Origin: Azolla caroliniana
Lineage: Eukaryota; Plantae; Polypodiophyta
DNA: 64,000 bases
Direction of reading: 5' to 3'
Assembly (NCBI GenBank): GCA_043228905.1
Contig: JBHGNT010000001.1
Location: forward strand, 682,001-746,000
Below the pieces are notes generated by a model that saw only the letters and a list, made by a program, of their open reading frames with translations, had not been told where the DNA came from and did no database searches. The number at the start of each line of letters is the position of its first letter. Within the stretch, counting starts at the first letter, position 1. The position numbers were made by a program, and so were the translations under genes. Of this stretch, positions 27,701 through 40,941 are shown piece by piece.

Positions 27701-30700
27701 TTTTGTAGCAGATTCGCATCCCATTACTGAGGATTAATTCTGCACAATCAAACTCTGGAATATGTGTATGTGATACAATGCTCCTGCATCATATTTTGAC
27801 ATTGGAATCTTTGACTTATTTTTCTAGAAAAATGACCAAGAGAGAAAGCAAACACACCAGATAATACGTGAAAGGTTGTGGATAGCAATCAAGTATTATT
27901 ACATATATTGTATGATTATCTTGCTTATGAATTTAAACAATTTCAAACATTTCTTACCATGCTGCTGAAATCATATTGGAATGTCTCATATTATTTACCG
28001 AAATATTTTCTTACGTCTATGGAACATACTTATCAAGACTAAAGCCAATCTCAAAGAATGGTATAAAGCCTCACCCAGGAGTAGGTTTGCAGTCCACTAT
28101 TTCTTCAGGTATATTCTCCTCCTCCCAAGGTAGTATTTCTTGAGAAACTTCTAAAGCCTGAACTTTAGAAACGATTGCCTTCAGATCTTCATGTGTTGTC
28201 CACGAGCGTGGTTCGACAGTCTTAATTACACAGCTACAAGTTGTACGGTAATTTTCAGCAATCTTGGAGACCTCTGCTGATGTTATTTCTGACAAATACA
28301 TAGATCTAATCTAAAACTTGATGCCACAATTAGGAGTCTTGAAAAGTGCACAGTAAGGTATAATATGATTCAGACACTACATAACGCACTTCAAACAGTA
28401 TATGAGCACTATGTAACAGCTACATATGTAGCTTTTTACTTACGAGGTAAAAGAGTCTTTTGGAGCTGTGCTTCATACTCAATTCCAACGACAGGTTCGC
28501 CACGCAAGAAATGCTAAAAGAGCACATTTTTAAAGTTATGTATAGCATGACTATATATAATACATCTTTTCCTTTTTAAAATATTTATCTGTTCAAAGAA
28601 TAGACAACTTCAAATGATGGTTATAAAAAGCTCAAGCAATGCAACATGCTGAATATACCATTGCTATCTTTAATCGCTCTATGAAGCACATGCAGATATG
28701 TATAGCATCACTGAAATGTAGTATAACACATATTCTCCTTATTAAAATAGTTATCTATTTAAAGAATACACAATCTTAATGAAGGTTATAAAAAGCTCGA
28801 GCAAGGTGACATGCCGAATATACTATTGCTATCTTCAATCACACCATGGATGTGGAAAGGCTTCAGAGTATCGTGGTGTCTTCCTTCATTTGTTTCAGGA
28901 TTTAATACATAAAAGAACTTGATAACATCAAATCATGAAATTTTCAAAGGACTTATTCCTGTCAATATGCACAAACAACCTAGAAATACCTGTAAATATT
29001 CATCACGTAAAGTTGCTGATTGCATTTGATCCTTCTCAAGGTAAGCTGATTCAATATCTGCCATTAAAAAAGCACGAACAACAGCAATTTCACGGTCTGA
29101 AAACCCATGCTGCCGTACTCTGGCAATCTGATAAAAGTTATCAAACCAGGGCATTTAACCATAGAATTGTGGTAGCAAAGTGAAAACTTAGATAAACAAC
29201 CTAGAGGCAATCATTCAGGCAAAATGGACCTGGAACAAACCTCGGTAAGAATAGATTCAAGTGCTAGGAGTGTCCCTTTCTCTTTACAACTTGCTGACAA
29301 AAGATACGCTTTGACTGGCAGCACAAGATTATCTCCAGCTGAAGAACAAGAGAAAAAAGGAGGATTTTTTTGCCTTGAAATCTTGAAAAACCTTTGATTC
29401 AAAGCAGCATGGAACATTCCTTCGATCAATGAAAATCTGTAATCTTCGACTGTTTTGTAGGAAGTGACAGGAAGTTTGCAGCTTAGAACAACTGCAGACT
29501 GACATAAATTTAAGCCTTAGACAATATCTTAGATATCGATAAAATACTCGACATCAAGAAGGATACAGCAAAGTTTCACTCACTCCTCCTTCTGCTTCTC
29601 CAAAACAAGAGAACCGAGGTTCATCATGTTCTGGAACTGAGTACACAGGAATGTTTGCTGGAATTTGCCCATCCAGGTCAGCATATTTATCCTCAAAATG
29701 TGTCCGTATGAGTGCTACCACACTCTGAAACAAAGAAGTTTAATAATAGTAGTGAAGAATGTTTATTTGGACAATTACAGAGAGCTGTTGCCAACATTGA
29801 TCTATAGTGGTACAATCAGGAACCTCAAGGTCAAGATAGACAAGTGCAAGTATTCATATCGTACAATCAGCTATCCCATTGCATTTGTTACCAAAATTAA
29901 AGGCTTCTAACAACCTTTTGCCTCAACCTCAACCTCAACCTATGGAACGCAGGGCTGACAGAGAGTCTAAAATATGTCTACTCACACAATCTCATGGACT
30001 AATTCTGGGTCTTTCCTTCTGCAGTCAAACAGAGCTTTACTGCACCCAACAGCACCACTATTACTCATGCCACTAGCCTATACCTCCTCTGTCAGGTTCA
30101 CACCGATGCACCAACATCCTTAGAGGCTGTTCACCAAATTACACACCCAACCACATAAAAAAACTAAATCTGATCTTGGTTAGATTTACACTGTACAGCA
30201 ACACTTTGAACAGTGTGGCCAAAAGTTCCTTACCTGAGTGTCCACAAAATCACCCACTACCACCACCGCCATATGCTCAGGCCTATACCATCTGTGATAA
30301 AAATCTCTCACTCTCTTGGCAGTAACTGTTCTGATTATCTTTTCTAATCCAATAGGTTGTCTCTCTGCATACTGGAAATGAATCATCTGTTAATATCCTT
30401 ACAATATAGAAAATCTAGATTGCATCTAGTCATGACATAGCATAATTTGCATTTTTACATACTCTTGATCCTTGCATCATCAGGGTCCAATGAGCTTCCT
30501 GCATCCTTCCAAGAGCATTGCGTCCACCCCTATATTCCTCCAGAACTGCTCCTCTCTCTTTCTCCAAGTCTTCTTCTGAAAGACGAATCTACATTACCAG
30601 AAACTTCATCAGAAACATTTAAAGTTTGAATCTCTTAAAAGCATTTAAATAAAAACCATGCACCTCAGTGCTGAAATCAGCGAGTATAGATATAGCTTGA

Positions 30701-33181
30701 GAGAGAAGTTCTGGCTTATCAATTGGTACCAAAACTTCATAAATAGTTTCATCTGGGGATGTAGATGCATTCTGGCATGCACCAAACTCAGCTCCAATGC
30801 TCTCCAAAAATTTGATGATGTCATGATTGGTGTATCTTTTTGTAGCACTGAATGCAAGGTGCTCTACAATATGTGCCACGCCACGCTGATCATCTTCTTC
30901 CAATACTGACCTGCCATTCAAAACATCACAAAATTAAAATCTTCAAGCAGACTTTATATTGGAGGAATCTAAAGGATTCATCGTAGGAAAAAGATGGAAG
31001 ACAATGTAATGAAATAGTGGAGGACGCTATCAGAAAAAAAAGGTTAAGTAGGAGAAAACAAAAGAAACATTGCAAGAAAAGCAAACATTAGGATTCAAAC
31101 ATAAAATCAGAAAAAGGATCAACGGATTCAGAATCAGAAGTTGAAAACGCTAGCTGCAAGAACAGAAAGTAGATTAAGAAGATTAGAAAGCAAAAATCAA
31201 ATTATTACTAAGAGAGTTAAAAGAACTGGGATTTCACACAGCAGAATCAGATCAGTTTTGATGATTGTATGGGGAAAATAGACATGGAACACCAACTTAC
31301 TGGTACAACTCTCAAAAAAGAGTGGATGTTGAAGTACAAGATCATATGCAAAATCCAATTTTTCATAACAGTAATGCATGGGATAGAACATTTGACAGCA
31401 ACAGAATACTATCTCAGTTTGACAGCAGCAATGGATCAGAGATTTTCACAACAGCAGGTACGATAATTACCAACACAATAATAACTGTAATATCAATCCA
31501 AATAATAACTATAATAACAAGAATTGACTCTAAATCACAAGATTAGAGGACTCATTACAACAACCACCTACACACTTCATGAATCTTGTCCAAACTGAAA
31601 TAATTGACGTTCAGGACATTCAGCCCATGCAAAGTAAAGAAGAAAAGTGATCTGCGACAACATTCCAACAAGGGAATACAAGCAGCAGCTACAGTAGTAA
31701 CTATGTCAAAACAAAACTTGAAGCCCCATTGGATTGTGAGAAACAACAATCACTTCTGCATGAGTAGGAAGGTTGAGCAAACTTCAAACAAAGAGAAAAA
31801 AATATTTAGAATAGAGAAAATGAATGTAGAGACATAAGATGATCCAAAAATTGTGGCAATGAGTGGCAATCTTGATCCTGAGTTATATCTAACTATACTT
31901 TCAAAAGAATCCAAATCCCAAGATAAAACACTCACAGAACTGCAAAGAAAAATCTTCAGAACTGGGTTGTTGAATAGAAAAAGAAGGAAAGATAGCTCTC
32001 TACCTTTCTGGCAAGGAACAAAGAATTCTGCACAAGTGTCAGGTACTAAATATAAGAAATAATAAAGAAGCTGATGGAAATGTCAGCTCTTTGGAATCTA
32101 GGGATTATGAATTGGGTTCAGTTCTTTGTACTCGAACCACCAGGTTGTGCTACAGTAGAATATACCTCACCCTCATAGTGTGACGAATGATGGACCTCTT
32201 TGGGCTGACCCTAAAGTTTTCGGGATGTTAAAACCACCACTTTTATGAGGTACATCTCCATGACAGTTGAAAAGCTACTGTATGTCGAGTTAAGTTTGAC
32301 ACTTTCAGTACATAAGATTAGGTGAAAGTTCTTTCCTTCAGTAAACAGATTGATGAAGCATGTTCCCAAAGTAAATTTATTGCAATGATAATCAAACCGT
32401 TTGCATAAGGGGACTTGGTCCAACTAATTTGGCATAAAACGTTATTAGATGTTTTGTTTCTTACAATATCCTTTTTGCACGATGTCTTGGCAGTGATAGT
32501 TAGCAAATGGATTGTCTGTGTAAAGACTAAGGTGAACAGCTTTTCGCATAGCCACACGATCGTCCCATCTTCTCATTTGAGACAAATCTCTGAAAATGAA
32601 TTGGTCTCCCCAACCAAATTTGGAGCCCAGATCTAATTATCCATGTTGAAAATGTGTCAAATATCTTCACTGTGGTCTTCTTCAATATTCCATGGTTGTT
32701 CCTCTATCATCATTAAAATAACCTATCAAAGGGCTCCTTCTAGTGCTCGAGACTACTTGAGCTCAGGTAGGAATAGAATAGGTCCAATTCGATCTACCAA
32801 ACATCAGAAAAATTATTTTATTGTAGAAAACCACACCAAGAACTACAGTTAAAGAAAACAGAATTAGATCAGCATCCTCTGCCAAAAACTAAGAATCAAA
32901 ATCATATTTTAGTTGAAAAAAAGCATCAAAATCTACATAAAAAGACGAGAAAAGTAAAAGAATCATGAAACAAACAAAACATACCCCACTTTCACTCCAA
33001 GAGCGAGCGCTGCACGATGCCGAGGCTTCGGATTTGCTCGAACATAGTATCGGATACCATTCTTCAGCACGCCAAAATCAGCGCCAAATGGATAGTCAGA
33101 GAGAATATCTTCGGGGCTCAAATGTAGCAGAAGCTTCAAGGACTTGAAACCAGACGAAGGTTGAGGAGGCAAGAGCTCCAT
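18747..33181 (-). CDS. PQQL: M16-family (insulinase) zinc protease, PqqL-like, about 21 exons; first exon 33181-32985, second 30910-30664, last 18815-18747
   Basis: Start MELLPPQ...FGADFGVLKNGIRYYVRANPKPRHRAALALGVKVG|SVLEEDDQRGVAHIVEHLAF carries the inverted zincin HxxEH motif. Successive GT-AG exons give YAERQPIGLEK, FHAALNQRFFKIS, FSGDCSPSDLDTALQ, LLETRIMQILRFKHGQ, ENSYWLD and QYTAVVLMP. The last exon VVLGAAAVILITAIAWRHLRRS* is a hydrophobic tail. Confidence 0.93.
20861..21159. repeat. Tandem duplication, 2 x 149 bp, in a protease intron
   Basis: acccacatgcatataaaattt...ctatgtcatagaa occurs at 20861 and 21010 with about 2 mismatches. Confidence 0.9.
21044..21659 (-). mobile_element. Probable solo LTR in a protease intron
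   Basis: On the minus strand it starts TGTTGGAG and ends ATTCTCAACA, with an internal TATAAATAGG followed by TTGTAA. The flanks ATAAT/ATATA are not a perfect TSD. Confidence 0.5.
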
Positions 33182-34263
33182 GTAAATAAAATACACGCAC
33201 ACATGTATATAAATATATATATATTATGTTTGTATGTGCAATGCATAATACATATGTCAAAAATGGTAGCTAGGGTTAGCAAAAATCCTGCTTAAAACCC
33301 TAAATCAGGGAGACATCTGCATTTCATACAATGCCTTCAGTTGCCTTCCTACGAGAAAATGATGGTGATATCATCATGTGTTGACATCTACGAGAAATTC
33401 ACACGATGCCCTCGAATGTCTTTTCTATGAGAAAATTACCTCATGTTTTGATGGAATACCCGCCACTCCCTCCCCCAATATTTTTCCGAATTCTAAGAAA
33501 TACCCCTTTTGTTTGAGCCTACACTCCTATCCCACATTTCGGTCTCCCATAGACGTTAAAAGGCACATTCCGCACTCTGCATAATTTGATGTCTACACAT
33601 TCCTCGCTCGCTCAAAGATGGCATCATCATCGCATCACAAAGAGTTTGTTTTTGGTTTCCTTCTTCATCATTAGTGTCAAAGAAGGCTTCCCGATATTGT
33701 TTGCGTTTTTTTGTTTCAACTCTCGACATTGATCATATGGATGATAGCATAAACAAAGGAGTATTGTTTACGAACACACGTTCACATCATCACATTGGTT
33801 GAAGAAATCATTGTGGTCTTGAAACCCACAAACATGTCTGGCATAGATATTTCATTGATCTATATATTTCATTCTTTTTTCAAGAAATAAGACTCCATAT
33901 GAACATTATTAGGACAAAGTTCATGGTATTGTACTGTTATTCACAAGGCAATCCACTTTCATATCGGCATGACATATATATGTGGAGTTTTGTGGTTTCA
34001 TATGTTTCCGTAGAGATCACTTTGTTAATCCATTTACTATTTCACGATCAACTAGGCGAGACACACTCATGTGTGACCATGCTACACCAACCATGTTGAA
34101 TGGTTGATTGTTTGGGTCTCTAAATGCAATGTAAATTTGATAATTTAGTCAACATCAAAAGAAAATAGTCAATAGAAAAATGGTTTCTTTTCATTTTAGA
34201 TTGCAACTTGTAGTTGTACTTCATAAAGTTGCCATACTTCTTCTTTTTTCTTGACAATAATAT

Positions 34264-35742
34264 TGCGGTGTGCATGTGTTCCTTTGTGCCACCCTTTTAG
34301 CTCACCCTTTTTAGGATGCACGTACCCAAGTTGACCCACCCTTTTAGCACACCCTTTTTAGCCAAGCTAAGCCAACCCAAATGGGTTCCGTTGTATCAAC
34401 TATAAATTGATTAAGAAGTAAGAAGCTAAGTAGATTGGTTTTGATCTCTTATGTGCATTTCACACATTGGTGGAGATGGCGAGTACCAGCCCCCACATCC
34501 AAGCATCCACCTCTTCCGCTTCGTAGGTAGCATCGCCCTCGCCACCATCATCGACACTCTTGTTAGTCTCTCGTAGTAGTATCTCTTCCATTAGCACCGC
34601 CTTAGTTCACTAGTTAGGCCTCCCGACATCCATCGCTTCCTCCATCCAAGTCTTTTTTTGCGGTCACCATCTATACCTCTCTAGCACGCGAGCCCACTAC
34701 ACCTTCACCTTAGACACTCTCACTTTCTCACACCACTTTTATGTCTTGCCCCACCAACTCTTCCCCCTTACCTTAGGTTGCTCATTAACTTCTTGTCCCA
34801 TGAGTTTCTCTGATCCCCCTCCTACACGATAGCCCTCTTTTCCCCCACCTCAGCCAAGTCTAGGTGGCCCTTAGTCCACAAGAGTGATTGATCTTTCTTT
34901 TCCAAATGATCTTTTCCCCGGTCCCCCTCTGACACGATAGCCCTCCTATCCCCCACCTCAGCCAAGTCCAGGGGGCCCTCAATCCACAAGAGCGATTGTT
35001 CTTCGTCGCCATATGATCTTTCCTCGATCCCCCTCTAACACGATAGCCCTCCTGTCCCCCACCTCAGCAAAGTCCAGGTGGCCCTCAGTCCACAAGAGCG
35101 ATTGATCTCTATTCGCCGATTGCTAGCTCGTTTTCCGTCACTAGCCTCGTCCAACTATCAAGGCCAATAGTTCCACGGGGATGTCCTCAACTTTGTTGCA
35201 ACTCAACTACGTGTCCGTAGATGTTTACATCCCCACACCATCTTCACCGAACGCCTCAACAATACCCTCAAACACGAGATAGCTGCATAAATCAACCCTT
35301 TTCGAGCACTATATGGGTGTAACCCTCACCTCGCACTAGAATCATCCATGGGTTTCCATTTGAAACCTACCATCAGATGCTCCCCCTCCTTCAACAAGCC
35401 ATTGTTCTTGTTCTTGTTCATGTACATGTCTTGTTCTTGTTCATGCCCCTCAATCTCTTGTTTCTCACAGGGGGGGTAATGTGGTGTGCATGTGTTCCTT
35501 TGTGTCACCCTTTTAGCTCACCCTTTTTAGGATGCATGTACCCAAGTTGACCCACCCTTTTAGCACACCCTTTTTAGGATGCGTGTACCCAAAATGACCC
35601 ACCCTTTTAGCACACCCTTTTTAGCCAAGCCAACCCAAGCCAACCCAAATGGGCCCAAATGGGTTTCGTTGTATCAACTATAAATTGATTAAGAAGTAAG
35701 AAGCTAAGTAGACTAGTTTTGATCTCTTATGTGCATTTCACA
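34264..35742 (+). mobile_element. Non-autonomous miniature LTR retrotransposon (TRIM/LARD-like), 1479 bp
   Basis: 5' LTR 34264-34464 and 3' LTR 35480-35742 both read TG(C/T)GGTGTGCATGTGTTCC...GTGCATTTCACA. PBS TGGTGGAGATG lies at 34468-34478 and PPT AGGGGGGGTAA at 35469-35479. There is no internal gag/pol ORF. The TSD is imperfect. Confidence 0.9.
34810..35110. repeat. 3 x ~107-bp tandem repeat inside the LTR element
   Basis: acacgatagccct...cccccacctcagc...ccacaagag(t/c)gattg recurs at 34824, 34932 and 35038. Confidence 0.88.
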
Positions 35743-36363
35743 ATAGTGTAGATGAGTTTTCTCCACCCTATTATAGAAGTATATGGCAAGTCCTAGTTAG
35801 ACAAAGAAACCTAATGAAGACCATGCAATGCAACCTCAACAAAAGAAGTTAGGATGTCCTAAATTAGTAGCAAAGATAGACTTTCCCACTCAATTCAAGT
35901 TATATGGATAGGGGGACTCTTCACCTACTTTTCGCAAGCTAGTTAGGAAGGGATCAACCCCCCACATTGCTTTCAATGATCCCACAAAGCTCATCCATGT
36001 CTTTGACCATAATTTGACATGCAAGATCATGCATCTATACATACTAGTTAACATTTAATGAAATAAAAAAATTAAAAAATGGTTGTTTGTTGTTTTAGAG
36101 GTATATGTTTTGTCAACATATGGCAAATCCTATGTAGAAATAGATAAACCCTAGGTTTCCCCCTTGACAAAAGGCTATTATGAGGTTCACACAATATTCG
36201 TTGCCCATGTATCCTAGTGCGGACACAACCCATTGTAGCCATCTACATTTGTAGGATATCCTACGGTTTTCTACAACACTGAGCTATTATTGCATTCACA
36301 CAATATACGTCACCCCCAATCCCCCCGGTTGTGCAACCCATACTTTATAGTGGTCGTGGAAGG

Positions 36364-39300
36364 TTACGTAGCAAGTTCTTCCACCTGAGATATGTGCTTC
36401 GTGAAGGACCTAGCACAAGCCAAGAAGAAGAGCAAGTTGAGGAATGCTAGGCTGGCCATGAGCCAAAAGAAGTAATCCAAATGACCATCATTGAGGTCGG
36501 AGCTAGCAATCCATCCTTCCCCACCACCAATCGTAGTGAGGAGTGTGACGAGCGTGACGAGAAACGAGCTCACGTAGGTGCCGAAAGCAGTACAAGTCAA
36601 GTAGAATGCGCTACCCAGGCTGCGTAGAGAGAGTGGGGAGTAGGTGTAGAAGAACTCGAGTTGGCCTATGCCGGCCAGGAATTGGGCAGCACCCAGGAGG
36701 ACGAATTGGGGCGCCTGCCAAAAGATGGAAGGGGCGGAGAGGCCCAAGTCCACGCGCCGCATGCGGACGCTCTCCACGACGCCCGCCAACGAGAGGGCCA
36801 CAATGCACAACATGTAACCGCCGGCGATCCTTTGTAGGGGCGACAACCCGCGTGGCAGGCCCGTGAAGCGCCGAGCCACAGGCGCCACCACGGCGTTGTA
36901 GATGGGTGGGAAGAGCACCACCGTGAGGATGTCGAACAAGTTCATGGTGGCAGCCTGCATGGTGAACAAGGAAAAGACGGTGGTGTCCATCGTTGCGCCT
37001 TCCTCGATCAATAGGGTCCCCGCCTGGGAGTAGCAGCTGCTGAAGAAGATGCATGCAGCCCAAACTGGCACCAATCGAAGCACCGCCTTCATTTCTTCTA
37101 CCTCCGTAACACTACTCAACCTCCACGGTGACCCATCATGCTTTTTTATATCATCACCACCCTTCTTAATCCCATCTCTCATAACATCCTCCTTCTTAAT
37201 CCCATCTCTAATCGTACCCTCTTTGTTGATTGCATCCGTTGCATCGCTGCAAGTGGCCAATTTATTGAGAATGGCCGCCTTGTCGAGCCACCTACATGAA
37301 TGAAGCCACCGATATCCGTCCACATTAGATTTCATTAAATCTGCTCTCTATATGTATTCATTAAAACGTGGCAAGAATCGGAAGAGAAGCCTAGATTGTT
37401 CTTTTGTTTCTTTTCTACCTGAAGTCGTTGGTATGCCTTAGACGTTGTCGACTACTGTCCTTTTCTTCGTTCTCTGCCCCCGCGTATAACAGTGAGCTAT
37501 CAGAGGGAGGCTCGAGGTGCCATTTACGCGCGGCAGCTACCATCACTTGTAAAGCTCTTGTGTAAGGATTCCCTCTGTTTTTATACTGTCTAAATAGTGG
37601 GAATCCGCACAGAAACAAGCTCAAACCCATCAGTCCCACTATTGTACACATGAAGAATCCAAAAACCCATCCTTTGGCCGTGACCATATATACCATCACA
37701 GTGTCCCCCAGTGCTGAGCCAAGATGGGTCAACACGTGATATCGCGTGAAGAATGTTGATTTCTCCTCCTCGGTATCCAATTGATCTGCACCGAGTGACT
37801 GTAGGTTGGGCTGATATCCCCCACACCCAATCGAAATGAGGTAGAGCGAGAAATAGAAGAACACAACCTCCAGTCTGCTTGATGAGCCTCCAGACACGAG
37901 TATACTAGTCGCCAACACCGTCAATGCCATACCCTGAGTATAATCATTTATAGTTCTATACCACATTTATACATAAATCTCTGTGCCATTCATTCTTGAA
38001 CATCATAATGGATGGGTGACGGGTCCATGTCAGGCAGTTAGAAGAACATAATGCATTGATCATTATGACAGCATGCATTGTGACATGGAGAACGTCATAA
38101 TGCATTGATGCACCATGGCCCCAGACATCATAATACATCAGTGGAAGACATTTTGATCATGATGCATTGAGAACATCTTACTTCATTGATGCCAGAACAT
38201 CATTAATGCATCAAAGAAACACATCATTAAAGCATCAAAGAATCACATCATAATCGGTTGATGTAAGGCAACCTCAACATCATAATAGCATGGATGCCAC
38301 ATCCCCAATATCATAAGGCATTCACGCCAAACACCCTCAACATCATAAAACATATTGATGCTTGACACCCCTTACAAGGCATGGATGCAAGGCAACCTGA
38401 ACATCATAGAAGCATGGATGCCACACCCTGAATATCACAATGCATCATCACTAGGCACCCTTGGACATAATGTATTGATCGATCGTTGATACCCTTTACA
38501 TTACAATGCATTGATGTCTTCACACCTCGAACATCATACATATGAATATTGATGTCAAACGCCGATCGATCGTTGACACCCTTTACATTATAATGCATTG
38601 ATGTCTTCACACCTTGAACATCATACATATGAATATTGATGTCTTCACACCTTGAACATCATACATATGAATAATGATGTCGAACGCCCCCGAATTATGT
38701 CCTTGGCATCCCTTACCATGATAACTTGTGGGAAGAAATTGTAAAGCTTCTGAACTCATAATATGAGGTCATTAATTAGTAGATGTACATCCACCACTCA
38801 AACATAGATCTTTATAGATTGAATTAATAAAGTAAACCATAGTTTTCTTTAGGTTCTATAGCTTTATTTAGGCTATGTAAGCAGAGTAACATTCACACCA
38901 CGAACATCCACCCTAAATATTTGCTCAGATGGCAATCGTTGCAAATGCGCTACAATTTCATCATAAATTTGCATGGATTGCTACTCTGTCGTCAATTATC
39001 AGAAAGTAGGGATGAGAGATTCGAATTGGGCCAAAGGCATTTAAATAAGGGGGATAGGTGAAGCTTTCCAGTGAACGTTTAAAAACAAGTTTGAAGTTTA
39101 CCGCTAGCGCGATGAATTGGAAGAGAGTGCATGCCCATAGACGGCCCAAGTATGATTCAGCGACGAAAGCACCCAGTAGAGACGAGAGGAACATGGTGCC
39201 CAGCCAATTGTTGGTATCATTTGCGGCTGCGCCGCTACCTTCTCCTACCACATTCCTAAAGAAAAGGACCAAGTTGAAAAACAGACCAAAGTAGGCAGTA

Positions 39301-39600
39301 TTCCACAGACATACTGTACCTGAAGCAAACATATTAAAGGAATTGAGGATTGAAAACAAAACGTCAGGATAGCCATTGATCCACGAAAGGAGGAGGAGAA
39401 TTACCGAGAGTGAAATAGAGGGTTCTGTGACCACCACGAGAGCTCTTGCTCTGAGGAGACGTGGCAAGGGGCGACAATGGCCTTCCAAGCCAATCATAGA
39501 AGCTCTGTGGAGACGCCTGTTGAGTATGCGATCCATCTTCTTTCCTGTGAGTTTCGCCATCCTTGTTGTCGAGGAGAAGGGGGCGCAGGGAGGAATCCAT
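36364..39600 (-). CDS. NPF: NRT1/PTR FAMILY (NPF7-like) transporter, copy A; exons 39600-39405, 39319-39102, 37933-37419, 37291-36364 (618 aa)
   Basis: GT-AG splicing keeps frame, with the classic 218-nt second exon. Motifs: GAFVAESYLGR, GGYQPNLQSLGADQLD, GNPYTRALQV, SVTEVEEMKAVLRLVPVW, GQLEFFY, GHLDYFFWL. Confidence 0.93.
37995..38700. repeat. Degenerate short-unit repeat array (aacatcataatgcattgatg-like) in intron 2 of NPF copy A, with a shorter counterpart in copy B (about 43420-43675)
   Basis: The catcataa/gcattgatg core recurs every ~30 bp, with younger near-perfect sub-duplications at 38478-38680. Confidence 0.7.
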
Positions 39601-39608
39601 GGAAGCTC

Positions 39609-39685
39609 TATGTATGTATGTATGTATGTATGTATGTATGTATGTATGTATGTATCTCTGGGGGTTTGTGTGTGTGTGTGTGTGT
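39609..39685. repeat. (TATG)n and (TG)n microsatellites immediately 5' of the NPF-A start codon
   Basis: Direct reading. Confidence 0.9.
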
Positions 39686-40065
39686 CGTGACTCTCTCCTG
39701 CTGAATCCTGATCAAGACAAACAAACAAAAAGGATACGTTTATTATCGATAATAATAATATTATTATTATTGAATCATTGACAATATTTTAGACGACGCT
39801 AGCTTTTATTATTGAATCATTGACAATATTTTAGACGACGTAAAGGAGTCGATCTGGAAACTTACCTTTCTGTCCCATCACTTTATGTTGTTCGCATTTG
39901 CATTTGCACGTGCTTTTGCTTTACCCCCTGTCAATGCAAAGCAATTTGTAGACATGTGGTGTACGATTCGATGCGAGTCACAAATCTATGCGCTTCCCCA
40001 CATACTTGAGTTAGCTAGCCTGTCATGAAAACCTAAAGGGGGTGACAAAACACTCCTACGACCAA

Positions 40066-40250
40066 CAAATATGTGGTTGGCAATTATGCACGATTCAAGA
40101 GCCTATATTAAAGAACATGATGGAAAATAATTATTATTTACTTTTAAAAGTCTATATCAAATATGTGGTTGGCAATTATGCACGATTCAAGAGCCTATAT
40201 TAAAGAACATGATGGAAAATAATTATTATTTACTTTTAAAAGTCTATATC
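40066..40250. repeat. Apparently perfect tandem duplication, 2 x 92 bp, in the NPF intergenic region
   Basis: caaatatgtggttggcaatt...aaaagtctatatc starts at 40066 and 40158. Confidence 0.9.
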
Positions 40251-40529
40251 TTCGAGGTATAAGTTATAACCAAATAAGTGGTCTTTAGTTTTGACATATG
40301 CACTTTAGGTGTGTGTGGCTCTCAAATGAAAACCACCGTATACTTGTATTATCACAACTTTTTTGAATGAGCCTTTGTGTAGGAGCTGAATGTCTTTTAG
40401 TCCCATCATCATAATGCACGCAACTTCACTTGTTGGCACTTGTGCAACGTCTGTGTATTGACCTTGAATTGTGCCGAAACCAATTGTTGGTTGCATCTTT
40501 TATCTTTCGTGCCATTGTAGAATAACACC

Positions 40530-40941
40530 TAGCAATGGGCATAGTTCAGTTCGGTTTCAAGGCAAAGAAACCAAACCGTTTATATAAAACAAAAACCAAA
40601 CCAAACCAAACCATTTAATAAAAAATTTAAGCCTAACCATTTAAATCAAACTAATTAAACATCTAAATAAACAAAAATACATTAAATTAATTTTTATTAA
40701 ATCAATAAAAAACCGTTAAATTAATTAAATCAATAAAAAACCATTAAATTAATAAACTATTAAGGTAAAAAAAAAGTTAACCAAACACCTATAAACCTTT
40801 AAACTAAACCTATAAACCTGAGTTTTAGAACCGAACCGTTTATCGAAAATCCAAACCATTAAATTTTTTTGGAACCAATAAACCGTTTAACTATGGCTTA
40901 ACGGTTCGGTTTGGTTTGAGCCGAAACCGTGCCTATCACTA
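40530..40941. mobile_element. hAT-superfamily MITE (412 bp)
   Basis: Perfect 8-bp TSD ATAACACC at 40522-40529 and 40942-40949. Imperfect TIRs TAGCAATGGGCA / TGCCTATCACTA. Subterminal AAACCG/CGGTTT repeats and an AT-rich interior. Confidence 0.88.

Noticed and set aside
30920-32950. LTR or other element in protease intron 1
   Set aside because: Strand-biased composition only; no termini, PBS or TSD identified.
34264-34464. Cassandra-type TRIM (5S rRNA in LTR) or a tRNA/tmRNA gene at the PBS
   Set aside because: No 5S A/C-box sequence in the LTR, and tRNA complementarity is limited to 11 nt.
34810-35110. CRISPR-like repeat-spacer array
   Set aside because: Whole units are homologous with no unique spacers, the context is eukaryotic and there are no cas genes.
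38961-39728. 255-aa ORF as the true NPF-A N-terminus
   Set aside because: It runs through the microsatellite and intron 1. The paralogue supports ATG 39600 in another frame plus splicing.
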